The notes under the pieces are model-generated. The model saw only the letters and a program-made list of their open reading frames with translations, ran no database searches and was not told the DNA's origin. A stretch of 64,000 nt of DNA from Bacteroidales bacterium (lineage in GTDB: Bacteria > Bacteroidota > Bacteroidia > Bacteroidales > UBA4417): positions 350 to 64,349 of the forward strand of contig JBBQUX010000003.1 of NCBI GenBank assembly GCA_038212135.1, given 5' to 3'. The position numbers were made by a program, and so were the translations under genes. Position 1 is the first letter of the stretch; each line of letters begins with the position of its first letter. This document shows positions 49,363 through 58,331 of this stretch, piece after piece.

Positions 49363-50520
49363 ATGCCATTTTATATCAAACTGGGAATGATCCCGCATAA
49401 ACGTCACACGCAGTTCAGGAAACCTGATGGCGAACTTTACTCCGAACAACTGGTCAGTACCGAAGGCTTCTCCGATCTGTATTCAATTACATATCATGTG
49501 CATCCGCCAACACTTGTCAAATCCGTTGACGAACCCTATAGTGTTGCTCCTGAAATCGCCGTGTTAAATAATACACAGAACCGGAGCTTTCAGGGATTTT
49601 CAGTAAAGCCAGCTGATGATTACCTTACCAGCCGGGTACAGGTGCTGGTGAACAACGATGTGTACATTTCTCTCGCTGCTCCGCGAAAATCGATGAAAGA
49701 TTACTTTTACCGGAATGTAACGGCTGATGAGTTGCTTTTTATTCACGAAGGGAAAGGTGTGCTGCATACCATGTATGGCGATATTTCTTTTGAATATGGC
49801 GATCATGTGGTTATTCCGCGCGGAGTTACATATCAGCTGGAATTCGAATCAGAGCAAAACCGGATATTTATAGTTGAATCTTTCACTCCTTTCCGTTTCC
49901 CGAAACGATATGTAAACCATGTTGGGCAGTTGCTCGAAAACTCCCCGCTTTGCGAGCGCGATATACGTGTTCCGGGCAACCTGGTTACTCATGATGAAAA
50001 GGGCGATTTTAAAGTTCTTATCAAAAAGAATGATATGATGTTTCCGTATCATTTTGCAGCACACCCTTTTGATGTGGTGGGCTGGGATGGATGTCATTAT
50101 CCGTGGGCTTTTTCAATCCACGATTTTGAGCCAATTACCGGAAGGATACATCAGCCGCCACCTGTTCACCAAACGCTCGAAGCCAATAACTTTGTAATGT
50201 GTGCATTTGTGCCCAGGCTGTACGATTATCATCCGGATTCCATTCCTGCACCATATAATCATAGCAATGTGGATTCGGATGAAGTTCTTTATTATGTTGA
50301 TGGTGAATTTATGAGCCGTAAACATGTGGACAGAGGTCAAATAACATTACATCCTATTGGCCTTGTTCACGGACCACATCCCGGGGCTGTTGAAAAAAGC
50401 ATCGGATTGAAGGAAACCCTCGAATTGGCCGTAATGGTTGATACCTTTAAACCTTTAAAACTAACAAAACAAGCAATGGAAATTGAAGAGAAAGAGTACT
50501 ATAAATCGTGGGTGGATTAA
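49363..50520 (+). CDS. hmgA: Homogentisate 1,2-dioxygenase (short Bacteroidota type)
   Basis: MPFYIKLGMIPHKRHTQFRKPDGELYSEQL.STEGF N-terminus, 385 aa, cupin-type. Confidence 0.9.
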   Translation: MPFYIKLGMIPHKRHTQFRKPDGELYSEQLVSTEGFSDLYSITYHVHPPTLVKSVDEPYSVAPEIAVLNNTQNRSFQGFSVKPADDYLTSRVQVLVNNDVYISLAAPRKSMKDYFYRNVTADELLFIHEGKGVLHTMYGDISFEYGDHVVIPRGVTYQLEFESEQNRIFIVESFTPFRFPKRYVNHVGQLLENSPLCERDIRVPGNLVTHDEKGDFKVLIKKNDMMFPYHFAAHPFDVVGWDGCHYPWAFSIHDFEPITGRIHQPPPVHQTLEANNFVMCAFVPRLYDYHPDSIPAPYNHSNVDSDEVLYYVDGEFMSRKHVDRGQITLHPIGLVHGPHPGAVEKSIGLKETLELAVMVDTFKPLKLTKQAMEIEEKEYYKSWVD

Positions 50521-50533
50521 AATTGTGGAATTT

Positions 50534-50658
50534 ATTTCAGGTTTCATGTTTCATTTTCCCCGATTTTCAAAACAGTGAGACCCTATTTAATCCTTTTTTT
50601 TTTCTGAAACATTTAAATCCTGAAACCCTGAAATTTTGAAGCTTGAACCCCTGAAACA
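50534..50658. repeat. Inverted CTGAAAC-type heptamer/octamer arms between hmgA and hppD
   Basis: Left arm 50534-50561, atttcag gtttcat gtttcat tttcccc, is the reverse orientation. Right arm 50604-50658 is ctgaaac atttaaat cctgaaac cctgaaat tttgaag cttgaac ccctgaaac. Confidence 0.75.
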
Positions 50659-50691
50659 TTTTTTTTAAATCAAATATAACCTATTGAACAA

Positions 50692-51789
50692 ATGAATAAT
50701 CAAGATTTTCTTCCAATCAACGGGACCGATTACGTTGAATTTTATGTCGGAAATGCGAAACAGGCAGCACATTATTATCAAACAGCATTCGGGTTTCAGC
50801 CTTTGGCTTATGCCGGACTTGAAACCGGGCTCATGGATCGCTCATCCTATGTTTTACAGCAGGGCAAAATCCGGTTCGTTCTTACTACTGCGCTGGTGCC
50901 TGATTCGATTATCGGCGAGCATGTAAAACAACACGGAGATGGAGTGAAAGTGGTCGCTTTATGGGTGGATGATTCCCGTAAATCATTCGAAGAAACAACC
51001 AAACGAGGCGCAAAACCTTATCTCCAGCCAACCGTTCAGAAAGATGAAAATGGCGAAGTGGTTTTGTCAGGCATTCATATTTATGGCGAAACGGTTCACA
51101 TTTTTGTGGAACGAAAAAATTACAAAGGTTTGTTTTTGCCGGGATATATAAAATGGGAACCCGAATACCAGCCAACGGATGTCGGACTCAAATATGTAGA
51201 TCATATGGTTGGCAATGTGGACTGGGGACAGATGAACATCTGGACTGAATTTTACGCCAATGTCATGGGATTCAAACAGTTGATTTCGTTTGACGATAAC
51301 GATATTTCCACTGAGTACACAGCACTTATGAGTAAGGTAATGTCGAATGGAAATGGTTATATTAAATTTCCGATTAATGAACCTGCCAAAGGCAAAAAGA
51401 AATCGCAGATTGAAGAGTATATTGACTACTATCGCGGTTCCGGTGTTCAGCATGTGGCAATGGCAACCGATAATATTATGCTTACAGTAGGTGAATTGCG
51501 CAAAAGAGGGGTAGAATTTCTGACCGTCCCTGATTCCTATTATGAAACTGTTTCGGACCGCGTTGGTGTAATTGAAGAGGACATCAAAGTGCTCCGGAAT
51601 CTTGGTGTTCTGATTGACCGCGATGATGAGGGGTATCTGCTGCAATTGTTTACTAAACCTGTTGAAGACCGCCCGACCGTTTTTTATGAAATTATTCAGC
51701 GCAAAGGAGCAAAATCTTTTGGGAAAGGCAATTTTAAAGCTTTATTCGAAAGTATTGAACGGGAACAGGCAAGGCGGGGAACGCTTTAG
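50692..51789 (+). CDS. hppD: 4-hydroxyphenylpyruvate dioxygenase
   Basis: VEFYVGNAKQAAHYY..AFGF; GSGVQHVA; the C-terminal FGKGNFKALFESIE...RG.L. Confidence 0.92.
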   Translation: MNNQDFLPINGTDYVEFYVGNAKQAAHYYQTAFGFQPLAYAGLETGLMDRSSYVLQQGKIRFVLTTALVPDSIIGEHVKQHGDGVKVVALWVDDSRKSFEETTKRGAKPYLQPTVQKDENGEVVLSGIHIYGETVHIFVERKNYKGLFLPGYIKWEPEYQPTDVGLKYVDHMVGNVDWGQMNIWTEFYANVMGFKQLISFDDNDISTEYTALMSKVMSNGNGYIKFPINEPAKGKKKSQIEEYIDYYRGSGVQHVAMATDNIMLTVGELRKRGVEFLTVPDSYYETVSDRVGVIEEDIKVLRNLGVLIDRDDEGYLLQLFTKPVEDRPTVFYEIIQRKGAKSFGKGNFKALFESIEREQARRGTL

Positions 51790-51820
51790 GAGGGTGAGTT
51801 TATTTGATGTTTGGGTTTAC

Positions 51821-51875
51821 GGGAGAGGGGCAGAGGGGAGAAAAGAGAAAAGAGAAAAGAGAAAAGGCAAGGGGC
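51821..51875 (+). repeat. ~55-nt polypurine tract containing 4 x GAGAAAA heptamers
   Basis: gggagaggggcagaggggagaaaagagaaaagagaaaagagaaaaggcaaggggcgaa. Almost exclusively A/G on the plus strand. Confidence 0.8.
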
Positions 51876-51962
51876 GAATAATATGGCAGTCACATGGGGA
51901 ACCCACCTTACCAGTTGATTGCCACGATGCAGTTTAAATAAATTAAAATTAGAAAGCTGAAA

Positions 51963-53213
51963 ATGAAATCGTGGATAGAGATTAAACCGGACAGTGATTT
52001 TTCATTATACAATATTCCTTTTGGTATAGGGGTTATCCCGGATAGCGGAACTTGTATCTGCACCCGCATCGGCGATTGGGTAATTGACCTGGCAGCCATG
52101 GCACGGCTTGGTTACTTTGATGTGCTTGGATTTAAAGTTTCGGATTTTGAATCCAAAACCTTAAATGGAATTATTTCTAAAGGGAAAAAAGCATCGTGCC
52201 GGATCCGCACAATTATCCAGGAAAGTTTTACGAAAGAGAATTGTAATGATGCCGAAGCCAGTCTGCTGAAACAGTTTGCATTTCATAAAGCAAATGATAT
52301 TCAAATGCTGATGCCCTTGCAGATTGGAGACTATACAGACTTCTATTCCAGTATTGAGCATGCAACAAATGTTGGTATTATGTTCCGGGATCCGGCTAAT
52401 GCATTGCTGCCAAACTGGAAACATATTCCTGTAGGATACCACGGAAGGGCTTCCAGTATAGTTGTTTCAGGTGCCGAAGTTCACAGGCCAAAGGGGCAAA
52501 TTAAACCCACTGATGCGCCCGGACCTGTTTTCAGCGCAAGCAAACAGCTGGATTTTGAACTGGAAACAGCTTTTGTAATAGGAAAAGAAAACACCCTTGG
52601 TGAAAGTATATCAACTGCTGAAGCTGAAGATTATATCTTTGGAATGGTACTTTTTAACGACCTGTCAGCAAGGGATATTCAGAGTTGGGAATATGTGCCA
52701 CTCGGGCCATTCCTCTCGAAGAATTTTGCCTCGGTTATTTCGCCCTGGGTTGTAACGTTGGATGCGCTTGAACCTTTTCGCTGTGCTGGTCCCGTTCAAC
52801 AACCTGAAGTTCTTCCTTACCTGAGTTTTGAAGGAGATTGTAACTACGATATCGACCTGGAAGTTTTTTTAATGCTAGAGGGGAAAAGCGAGGTTAACAT
52901 ATGTAAATCTAATTTTAAATATATGTACTGGAACATGAGCCAGCAACTGGCTCATCATACAGTGAACGGTTGTAACATGCGCATTGGCGACCTCTGCGGA
53001 AGCGGAACCATAAGCGGGCCCGATGCCGGAAGTTATGGCAGTATGCTCGAACTTTCCTGGAAAGGCACCAAACCTATACAAATGCCTGATGGAACTGAAC
53101 GTAAATTTATCAACGACTACGATACTGTGATAATGCGGGGATTTTGTGAGAAAAATGGAGTCAGGGTGGGCTTTGGAGAGGCTGTTGTTAAAATTATACC
53201 GGCAAAATCATGA
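51963..53213 (+). CDS. fahA: Fumarylacetoacetase
   Basis: FSLYNIPFGI N-terminus, DFELE, and the GDL.GSGTISG C-terminal domain. Confidence 0.92.
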   Translation: MKSWIEIKPDSDFSLYNIPFGIGVIPDSGTCICTRIGDWVIDLAAMARLGYFDVLGFKVSDFESKTLNGIISKGKKASCRIRTIIQESFTKENCNDAEASLLKQFAFHKANDIQMLMPLQIGDYTDFYSSIEHATNVGIMFRDPANALLPNWKHIPVGYHGRASSIVVSGAEVHRPKGQIKPTDAPGPVFSASKQLDFELETAFVIGKENTLGESISTAEAEDYIFGMVLFNDLSARDIQSWEYVPLGPFLSKNFASVISPWVVTLDALEPFRCAGPVQQPEVLPYLSFEGDCNYDIDLEVFLMLEGKSEVNICKSNFKYMYWNMSQQLAHHTVNGCNMRIGDLCGSGTISGPDAGSYGSMLELSWKGTKPIQMPDGTERKFINDYDTVIMRGFCEKNGVRVGFGEAVVKIIPAKS

Positions 53214-53299
53214 TTCAGACTTTTCAGAATAGTTGTATTATGTTCTTCAGTTTTTGATCTTGGCTTAACAAATCAGTGGCAGAGACGTGATATACTGCA

Positions 53300-53372
53300 A
53301 CCCTGCCCGAAACTCTCCAGACCCGAAACTCTTTAAACCCTTCAAACCCTTCAAACCATTCAAACTCTTCAA
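53300..53372 (+). repeat. CTTCAAAC-family array ending at the ATG of the flavin reductase gene
   Basis: ...cccgaaact ctccagac ccgaaact ctttaaac ccttcaaac ccttcaaac cattcaaa ctcttcaa-ATG. I count no G in the last ~45 nt. Confidence 0.8.
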
Positions 53373-54287
53373 ATGTCCACCATCGACCCAAACAATATTC
53401 CACATCATCACCTGCACCGGATTTTACTTACTGCTATTGCTCCGCGCCCGATTGCTTTTGCCAGTACCATGGACCTTGCCGGTAATGCCAATCTTTCGCC
53501 TTTCAGTTGTTTTAATGTATTCGGCGTAAATCCCAGCACTCTGATTTTTTCACCTTCGCGCAGTGGCCGGACCAATGAACTTAAAGATACTTTGCTAAAT
53601 GTAAAAGAAGTAGCTGAAGTTGTAATCAATATGGTTACCTATCCGATGGTAGAACAGGCTAACCTTGCCAGCACTGAATTTCCACGTGGTGTTAACGAAT
53701 TTTATAAATCGGGATTTACTCCCATCCCTTCGGAGCAGGTAAAACCTTTCCGGGTGAAAGAATCACCGGTTCAGATTGAATGCAAAGTGCGACAGATTAT
53801 CGAAACCGGCACCGGGCCAGGAGCTGCTAACCTTATTATTTGCGAAGTTGTACTGATTCATGTTAATGATTCAATTCTTGATAAATCAGGTGCTATCGAT
53901 ACCCGTAAGCTTGATCTTGTTGGCAGGATGGGAGCTGATTATTACGTGAGAGCATCGGGTAGGGCACTTTTTACTCTCGAAAAACCTATGTCTAAACAGG
54001 CAATCGGTGTTGATTCTTTACCTGAAGATGTGCGGATGAGCAGTATCCTGACCGGTAATGACCTTGGAAGACTTGGAAGTCTTCAGTCTATGCCTGCTGC
54101 ACCTGAAATTGAGAAATATATTATCTCACCCTTGTTCCGGACAATTGCGACCAGGTATAGCGACAGTTCTGAGAAAATTATTGAAGAAGCGCATAAACTC
54201 GCTCATGGAATGATTTCAGCAAATGAATTGCATGAAGCAATTTTGCTGTTGATGGCAGCCAGCACTAATCCTGCAAATGAACATTGA
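53373..54287 (+). CDS. Flavin reductase-family (FMN-binding split-barrel) protein
   Basis: ...PRPIAFAST.D..GN.NLSPFS.FN is typical of this family. 304 aa. Confidence 0.85.
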   Translation: MSTIDPNNIPHHHLHRILLTAIAPRPIAFASTMDLAGNANLSPFSCFNVFGVNPSTLIFSPSRSGRTNELKDTLLNVKEVAEVVINMVTYPMVEQANLASTEFPRGVNEFYKSGFTPIPSEQVKPFRVKESPVQIECKVRQIIETGTGPGAANLIICEVVLIHVNDSILDKSGAIDTRKLDLVGRMGADYYVRASGRALFTLEKPMSKQAIGVDSLPEDVRMSSILTGNDLGRLGSLQSMPAAPEIEKYIISPLFRTIATRYSDSSEKIIEEAHKLAHGMISANELHEAILLLMAASTNPANEH

Positions 54288-56010
54288 TCAATTCAAGTCC
54301 GTCAGCGATTAATTTTTGCATTTCTTCATTTTCTGATGCTTTGGTTTTAAGGTAAGCGAGTATTTCTTCTGTTATAGTGTTTGTATCTTTTTGTTTAAGA
54401 AGTGCTTCTGCTATTTCCAGAGGTAACAACCATTCTTCAGCATAATCTTTCTTTATTGTTTCCCAGGAATTTATTAAAGTTGCATTATCGCTGCCGTTAT
54501 TTTGTGCGGCATTTACGCTGCTGTACAAACTAAATAGCTTTTTATTTGAAGCAGTATGTTCAATGTGATGTGTTTTTTCCTCAGGAGCGGGATATTGCAG
54601 TTCAAAAGCATCCGGATCGGAAGGGCCGGCAAACGCGGAAATAATCTTTTCGCCGACTGCCATATCATACGTTCCCCATTCAGGACGGAAAAGCTTTTTG
54701 TCCTTATAGGCTACGATACAGTTCTGGAAAGAGAAAAGCAGGTTATGGCCATTGATTGTTGTGATTCCTTCAAGTCTTCCTTTTACATTTACACCACTTG
54801 TAAATTCAAGGTCGATTTCTTTACCGGTTATAATTCCATTCTCGGCAAGCTCTCCCACGCTCATAGTTTCGATCTCTCCGCTGATACTTTTAATTTTTCC
54901 GATAGGTGAGCCAAATCCATCTTTGTGATAGCGGATATCATGTCCCCCAAGTTGCTGGTTTTTGTATGAAAGCATAGCTGGCCCGGTGAAACTTAAATAT
55001 ACTGGCTGTTTGTTTTCTTCAGTTACCTTTTCCAGTTTACCCGAAATCTGCAATCCCGAACTATAAACTACTGTGCATGTTGACCCTGATTGTTGTGCTC
55101 TTTTCAGACTCTGCAATCCTCCTTTGCGCACTGCCATAGTATCAAGATATTGCTCAAGAACCGTGTTAAGTTGTTCGAAATCAGGAGTTACAAACAACTG
55201 TGGCTGCTGCGTGGTTATGTCGAAAGCATAGTTTTGGGCATCGAGGGAATAGGGGAGCTTTTTAACTTTGGGCTTCAGGCAATTATAGCTTTCACCTATC
55301 GATGATAGCAAGCCTGCTCCATAAATTTTCGGATTTTCAACCGTTCCGATAAGGCCATATTCAACAGTCCACCAATGCAGGTTGCGCAGTAAAGCCATTT
55401 CAGAAGGAGCCTCCTGCAATTTCGAAAGTTCGTCAAGTTGCGATTCGGCTTTTTCTATTTCAATGAAAGTTGTATAAGGATCGGCTTTTAAAATCGATAA
55501 GTGCCTGATTGCTTCATACATCTTGTTATCATATACTGATGAAAATGCTTTTGTGCCGGCTCTGCCAAAATCGCGCAGATATCCGGAGTATTCCTCATCA
55601 GCAATAATGGGAGCATGACCTGCAGCCTCGTGGATAATATCAGGGGCGGGTGTGTAAAGAACCTGATCTACCGGCCTTATATCAGCTGCAATAACCAGCA
55701 CATTATAGGCCTGAAATTCCATAAATGCAGCGGGAGGAATAAATCCATCCACTGCAACAGCTGCCCAACCGATTTCCTTCAGTATCCGGTTCATTCCATA
55801 CATATGCGGAATTTGGTCGATGCTGATACCCGTCCGTTTTAATCCGTCAAGGTATGATGCATGCGCAACACCAGGAAGGCATCTCACATTTTGCCTCATG
55901 ATATAACGCCAAACCGCATGATCCTGTGCTGTATAGTTGTTATACGGCTGCTCTATGATGAGGTTTTGCAAATGATGCGGAAGTTTGTCGAGTAATTCGT
56001 TACTTTCCAT
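54265..56010 (-). CDS. Biopterin-dependent aromatic amino acid hydroxylase (phenylalanine 4-monooxygenase-like) with a ~290-aa C-terminal extension
   Basis: The N-terminal ~290 aa carry IIHEAAGHAPII (iron-binding His pair region) and a YGAGLLSS-type motif. The total is 581 aa. Its 3' end overlaps the convergent flavin reductase gene by 23 nt. Confidence 0.85.
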   Translation of the reverse strand: MESNELLDKLPHHLQNLIIEQPYNNYTAQDHAVWRYIMRQNVRCLPGVAHASYLDGLKRTGISIDQIPHMYGMNRILKEIGWAAVAVDGFIPPAAFMEFQAYNVLVIAADIRPVDQVLYTPAPDIIHEAAGHAPIIADEEYSGYLRDFGRAGTKAFSSVYDNKMYEAIRHLSILKADPYTTFIEIEKAESQLDELSKLQEAPSEMALLRNLHWWTVEYGLIGTVENPKIYGAGLLSSIGESYNCLKPKVKKLPYSLDAQNYAFDITTQQPQLFVTPDFEQLNTVLEQYLDTMAVRKGGLQSLKRAQQSGSTCTVVYSSGLQISGKLEKVTEENKQPVYLSFTGPAMLSYKNQQLGGHDIRYHKDGFGSPIGKIKSISGEIETMSVGELAENGIITGKEIDLEFTSGVNVKGRLEGITTINGHNLLFSFQNCIVAYKDKKLFRPEWGTYDMAVGEKIISAFAGPSDPDAFELQYPAPEEKTHHIEHTASNKKLFSLYSSVNAAQNNGSDNATLINSWETIKKDYAEEWLLPLEIAEALLKQKDTNTITEEILAYLKTKASENEEMQKLIADGLELINVHLQD

Positions 56011-56039
56011 ATCCGGATTTTTATTTCATAATAAACTAC

Positions 56040-56047
56040 TACTTTTG
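56040..56047 (+). promoter_or_regulatory. Candidate -7 box (TActTTTG) for the glycosyltransferase gene
   Basis: TACTTTTG lies ~55 nt upstream of the TTG at 56102. Confidence 0.35.
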
Positions 56048-56071
56048 AAAATTGTTAGCAAAATCGTTTCC

Positions 56072-56079
56072 CAAAGATA
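56072..56079 (-). promoter_or_regulatory. Candidate -7 box (TAtcTTTG) for the hydroxylase gene
   Basis: Plus strand CAAAGATA, ~62 nt upstream of the start at 56010. Confidence 0.35.
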
Positions 56080-56101
56080 TATATTTAACTCCATATAAAA
56101 C

Positions 56102-57352
56102 TTGTTGATTTTGACACCGCCGCTTATTTATATTGCCCTTCCGGTTTTAGATGAAATGGAACGCCTTCCCTTGCTAATACAGGCAATTATGGATCAAACA
56201 GTTCAACAATTCAGGGTGGTGGTATGCGTAAATCAACCAGAAAGCTGGTGGGATGATCCGCCTCATCTGCATGTTTGCCACGAAAATCAGCTGACTATAA
56301 AATACCTGCAATCGCTCGAAGATAAGCGGATTGAAATTCTTGACAGGTCATCGCCCGGAAAAGGCTGGCCACCCAAAGGTCAGGGAATCGGGTATGCCCG
56401 AAAATACCTGATGGATTACATTTCGTCCAGGGCTGATGGAAATGATATTATTATCAGCATGGATGCAGATACTATTTTCAATAAAGGATATTTTTATACG
56501 GTAGCTGAAAATATACGACTCAACCATGCTGCCTCTGCCATTTCGATACCTTATTATCACCGGCTATCGCACAATACTGAACTCGACAGGGCAATGCTTC
56601 GTTACGAGATTTATATGCGCGCTTATGCCATTAATATGTGGCGGATCCGCAGCCCGTATAGTTTTACAGCACTTGGCTCTGCTATTGCATTTCCTGTATG
56701 GGCCTATAAAGCAGCAGGAGGGATGACACCTAAAATGAGCGGCGAAGATTTTTATTTCCTTCAGAAAATAGTGAAAACCGGTCGCTTACTCCACTGGAAC
56801 GGCGAAATTGTTTATCCTGCCGCCCGTTTGTCCGATAGGGTTTTCTTCGGCACAGGTCCTGCGTTAATAAAAGGAATAGAAGGTGACTGGAGTAGTTACC
56901 CTGTTTACGACCAGCGGCTTTTCGACAAGGTTGCAGAAACATACAGGCTATTCGGGCCACTTTTTAAAAAAGAAGTCCAAACTCCTTTTGACGATTTTCT
57001 GATAAATAGGTTTGGTGAACTTCCCTGGAAAGGATTAAGACTGAACTTTAAAACACAGACGCATTTTGTACGTGCATGCCACGAAAAAATTGACGGATTG
57101 CGGATTTTGCAATTCCTGAAGGAAAGCCAGCCTGCCGACGAAAAAGTGAGCGAAGAAGCACTTTCACAATTGCTGCAGAATTACCAGAATCTTTTCCCGG
57201 AATTGATTTCAGGCCTGAATACAAAAGTTAATTTCCTTCTAACGCCTGTTTCTGAACTCGATCATATCAGGGATATACTTTTCGAGATTGAAATGTATTA
57301 CCGGAAGTTGCACTGGAATGATTTTACGGGGTTGACGACGATGTATAATTAG
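56102..57352 (+). CDS. Glycosyltransferase (GT-A fold, family 2-like)
   Basis: The N-terminal IYIALPVLDE...L..Q and the DAD motif (IISMDADT). No in-frame ATG precedes the conserved first strand, so the start is probably TTG at 56102-56111. The exact start is uncertain. Confidence 0.75.
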   Translation: MLILTPPLIYIALPVLDEMERLPLLIQAIMDQTVQQFRVVVCVNQPESWWDDPPHLHVCHENQLTIKYLQSLEDKRIEILDRSSPGKGWPPKGQGIGYARKYLMDYISSRADGNDIIISMDADTIFNKGYFYTVAENIRLNHAASAISIPYYHRLSHNTELDRAMLRYEIYMRAYAINMWRIRSPYSFTALGSAIAFPVWAYKAAGGMTPKMSGEDFYFLQKIVKTGRLLHWNGEIVYPAARLSDRVFFGTGPALIKGIEGDWSSYPVYDQRLFDKVAETYRLFGPLFKKEVQTPFDDFLINRFGELPWKGLRLNFKTQTHFVRACHEKIDGLRILQFLKESQPADEKVSEEALSQLLQNYQNLFPELISGLNTKVNFLLTPVSELDHIRDILFEIEMYYRKLHWNDFTGLTTMYN

Positions 57353-57358
57353 CATTCA

Positions 57359-57401
57359 TTTCTATTCACGGGGTGACTTTGAGTCACCCCGTGAATAGAA
57401 A
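57359..57401. terminator. Perfect 19-bp palindromic hairpin 7 nt after the glycosyltransferase stop, with no T-run
   Basis: TTTCTATTCACGGGGTGAC-tttga-GTCACCCCGTGAATAGAAA. Confidence 0.5.
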
Positions 57402-57446
57402 GTCTCAACTCTTCTCTTATCTTTGCCATTATTAATCTATTATCAT

Positions 57447-58121
57447 ATGAGCACACCCATCAATTCCACCGATACTTTTGTCGGTGAAATGAATACCTGG
57501 CACGGCCGGACACTTGGACTTAAAACCGTTGAAGCTTTGCGAAAAAACCGTTTTGGAGCTGATTTTTTTGAAACACGTGAAGCGACTGCCAAAGCCTTAC
57601 TAGAACTCATTTCTCCTGGTATGGAAGTCGCTTTCGGCGGATCACAAACTGCAAAGCAACTGAATCTGCAACAACTGGTTACGGATAAAGGAGCCGTTAT
57701 TCTCGATCATAATGCTGCTGGTTTAACTGATGAAGAAAAACTGGAAGTCATGCGCCGCCAGCAGATCTGCGATGTGTTTATCTGCAGCAGCAATGCTATT
57801 TCGCTGCAAGGCGAACTTTTTAATATTGACGGACATGGAAACCGGGTCGCAGCTATGAGTTTCGGTCCAAGGAGAGTAATTGTGGTTGCCGGTGTTAACA
57901 AACTGGTAGCTGACGAGGACGCTGCCTGGGAACGTATCCGAACCATTGCCGCCCCAATCAACTTTAAAAGGCTTAACCGTCCTAATCCTTGCGCCAAACA
58001 CGGAGTATGCATGAATTGCAACCTGCCGACCCGGGGATGTAATATTTATGTAGCAACCAGGCGTAGGCCTTCTTTAACTGATTTTTCGGTTTTTATTGTG
58101 AATGATTCTCTCGGGTTTTAG
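57447..58121 (+). CDS. LUD-domain (YkgG/LutC-like, DUF162) protein
   Basis: The pattern ...VAFGGS.T...L........G..........L..EE.......DVFI.S.NAI...G...N.DG.GNRV resembles the LUD domain. The start was moved to the ATG at 57447. Confidence 0.8.
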   Translation: MSTPINSTDTFVGEMNTWHGRTLGLKTVEALRKNRFGADFFETREATAKALLELISPGMEVAFGGSQTAKQLNLQQLVTDKGAVILDHNAAGLTDEEKLEVMRRQQICDVFICSSNAISLQGELFNIDGHGNRVAAMSFGPRRVIVVAGVNKLVADEDAAWERIRTIAAPINFKRLNRPNPCAKHGVCMNCNLPTRGCNIYVATRRRPSLTDFSVFIVNDSLGF

Positions 58122-58139
58122 TCTACTGTGATCAGGTCG

Positions 58140-58186
58140 GCGGGATTTGTAATCCCGCTGCAAAGAGTACCGGATTTTAAATCCGG
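58140..58186 (+). terminator. Two adjacent related hairpins downstream of the LUD gene
   Basis: GCGGGATT-tgt-AATCCCGC (58140-58158) and CCGGATTT-t-AAATCCGG (58170-58186). Confidence 0.45.
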
Positions 58187-58331
58187 ATTATCAAACAAAA
58201 TATTCTTCTTTTAAGTCGGCAACCTCATCTTTTTTAGCAATAATTTCGCAAGTTTGCTTAACGTTTTAAGTTATAAACGTAAAAATCGTATTAAATTTTC
58301 TAAAAACTTGCAATTCATTCATATGCTTTCA

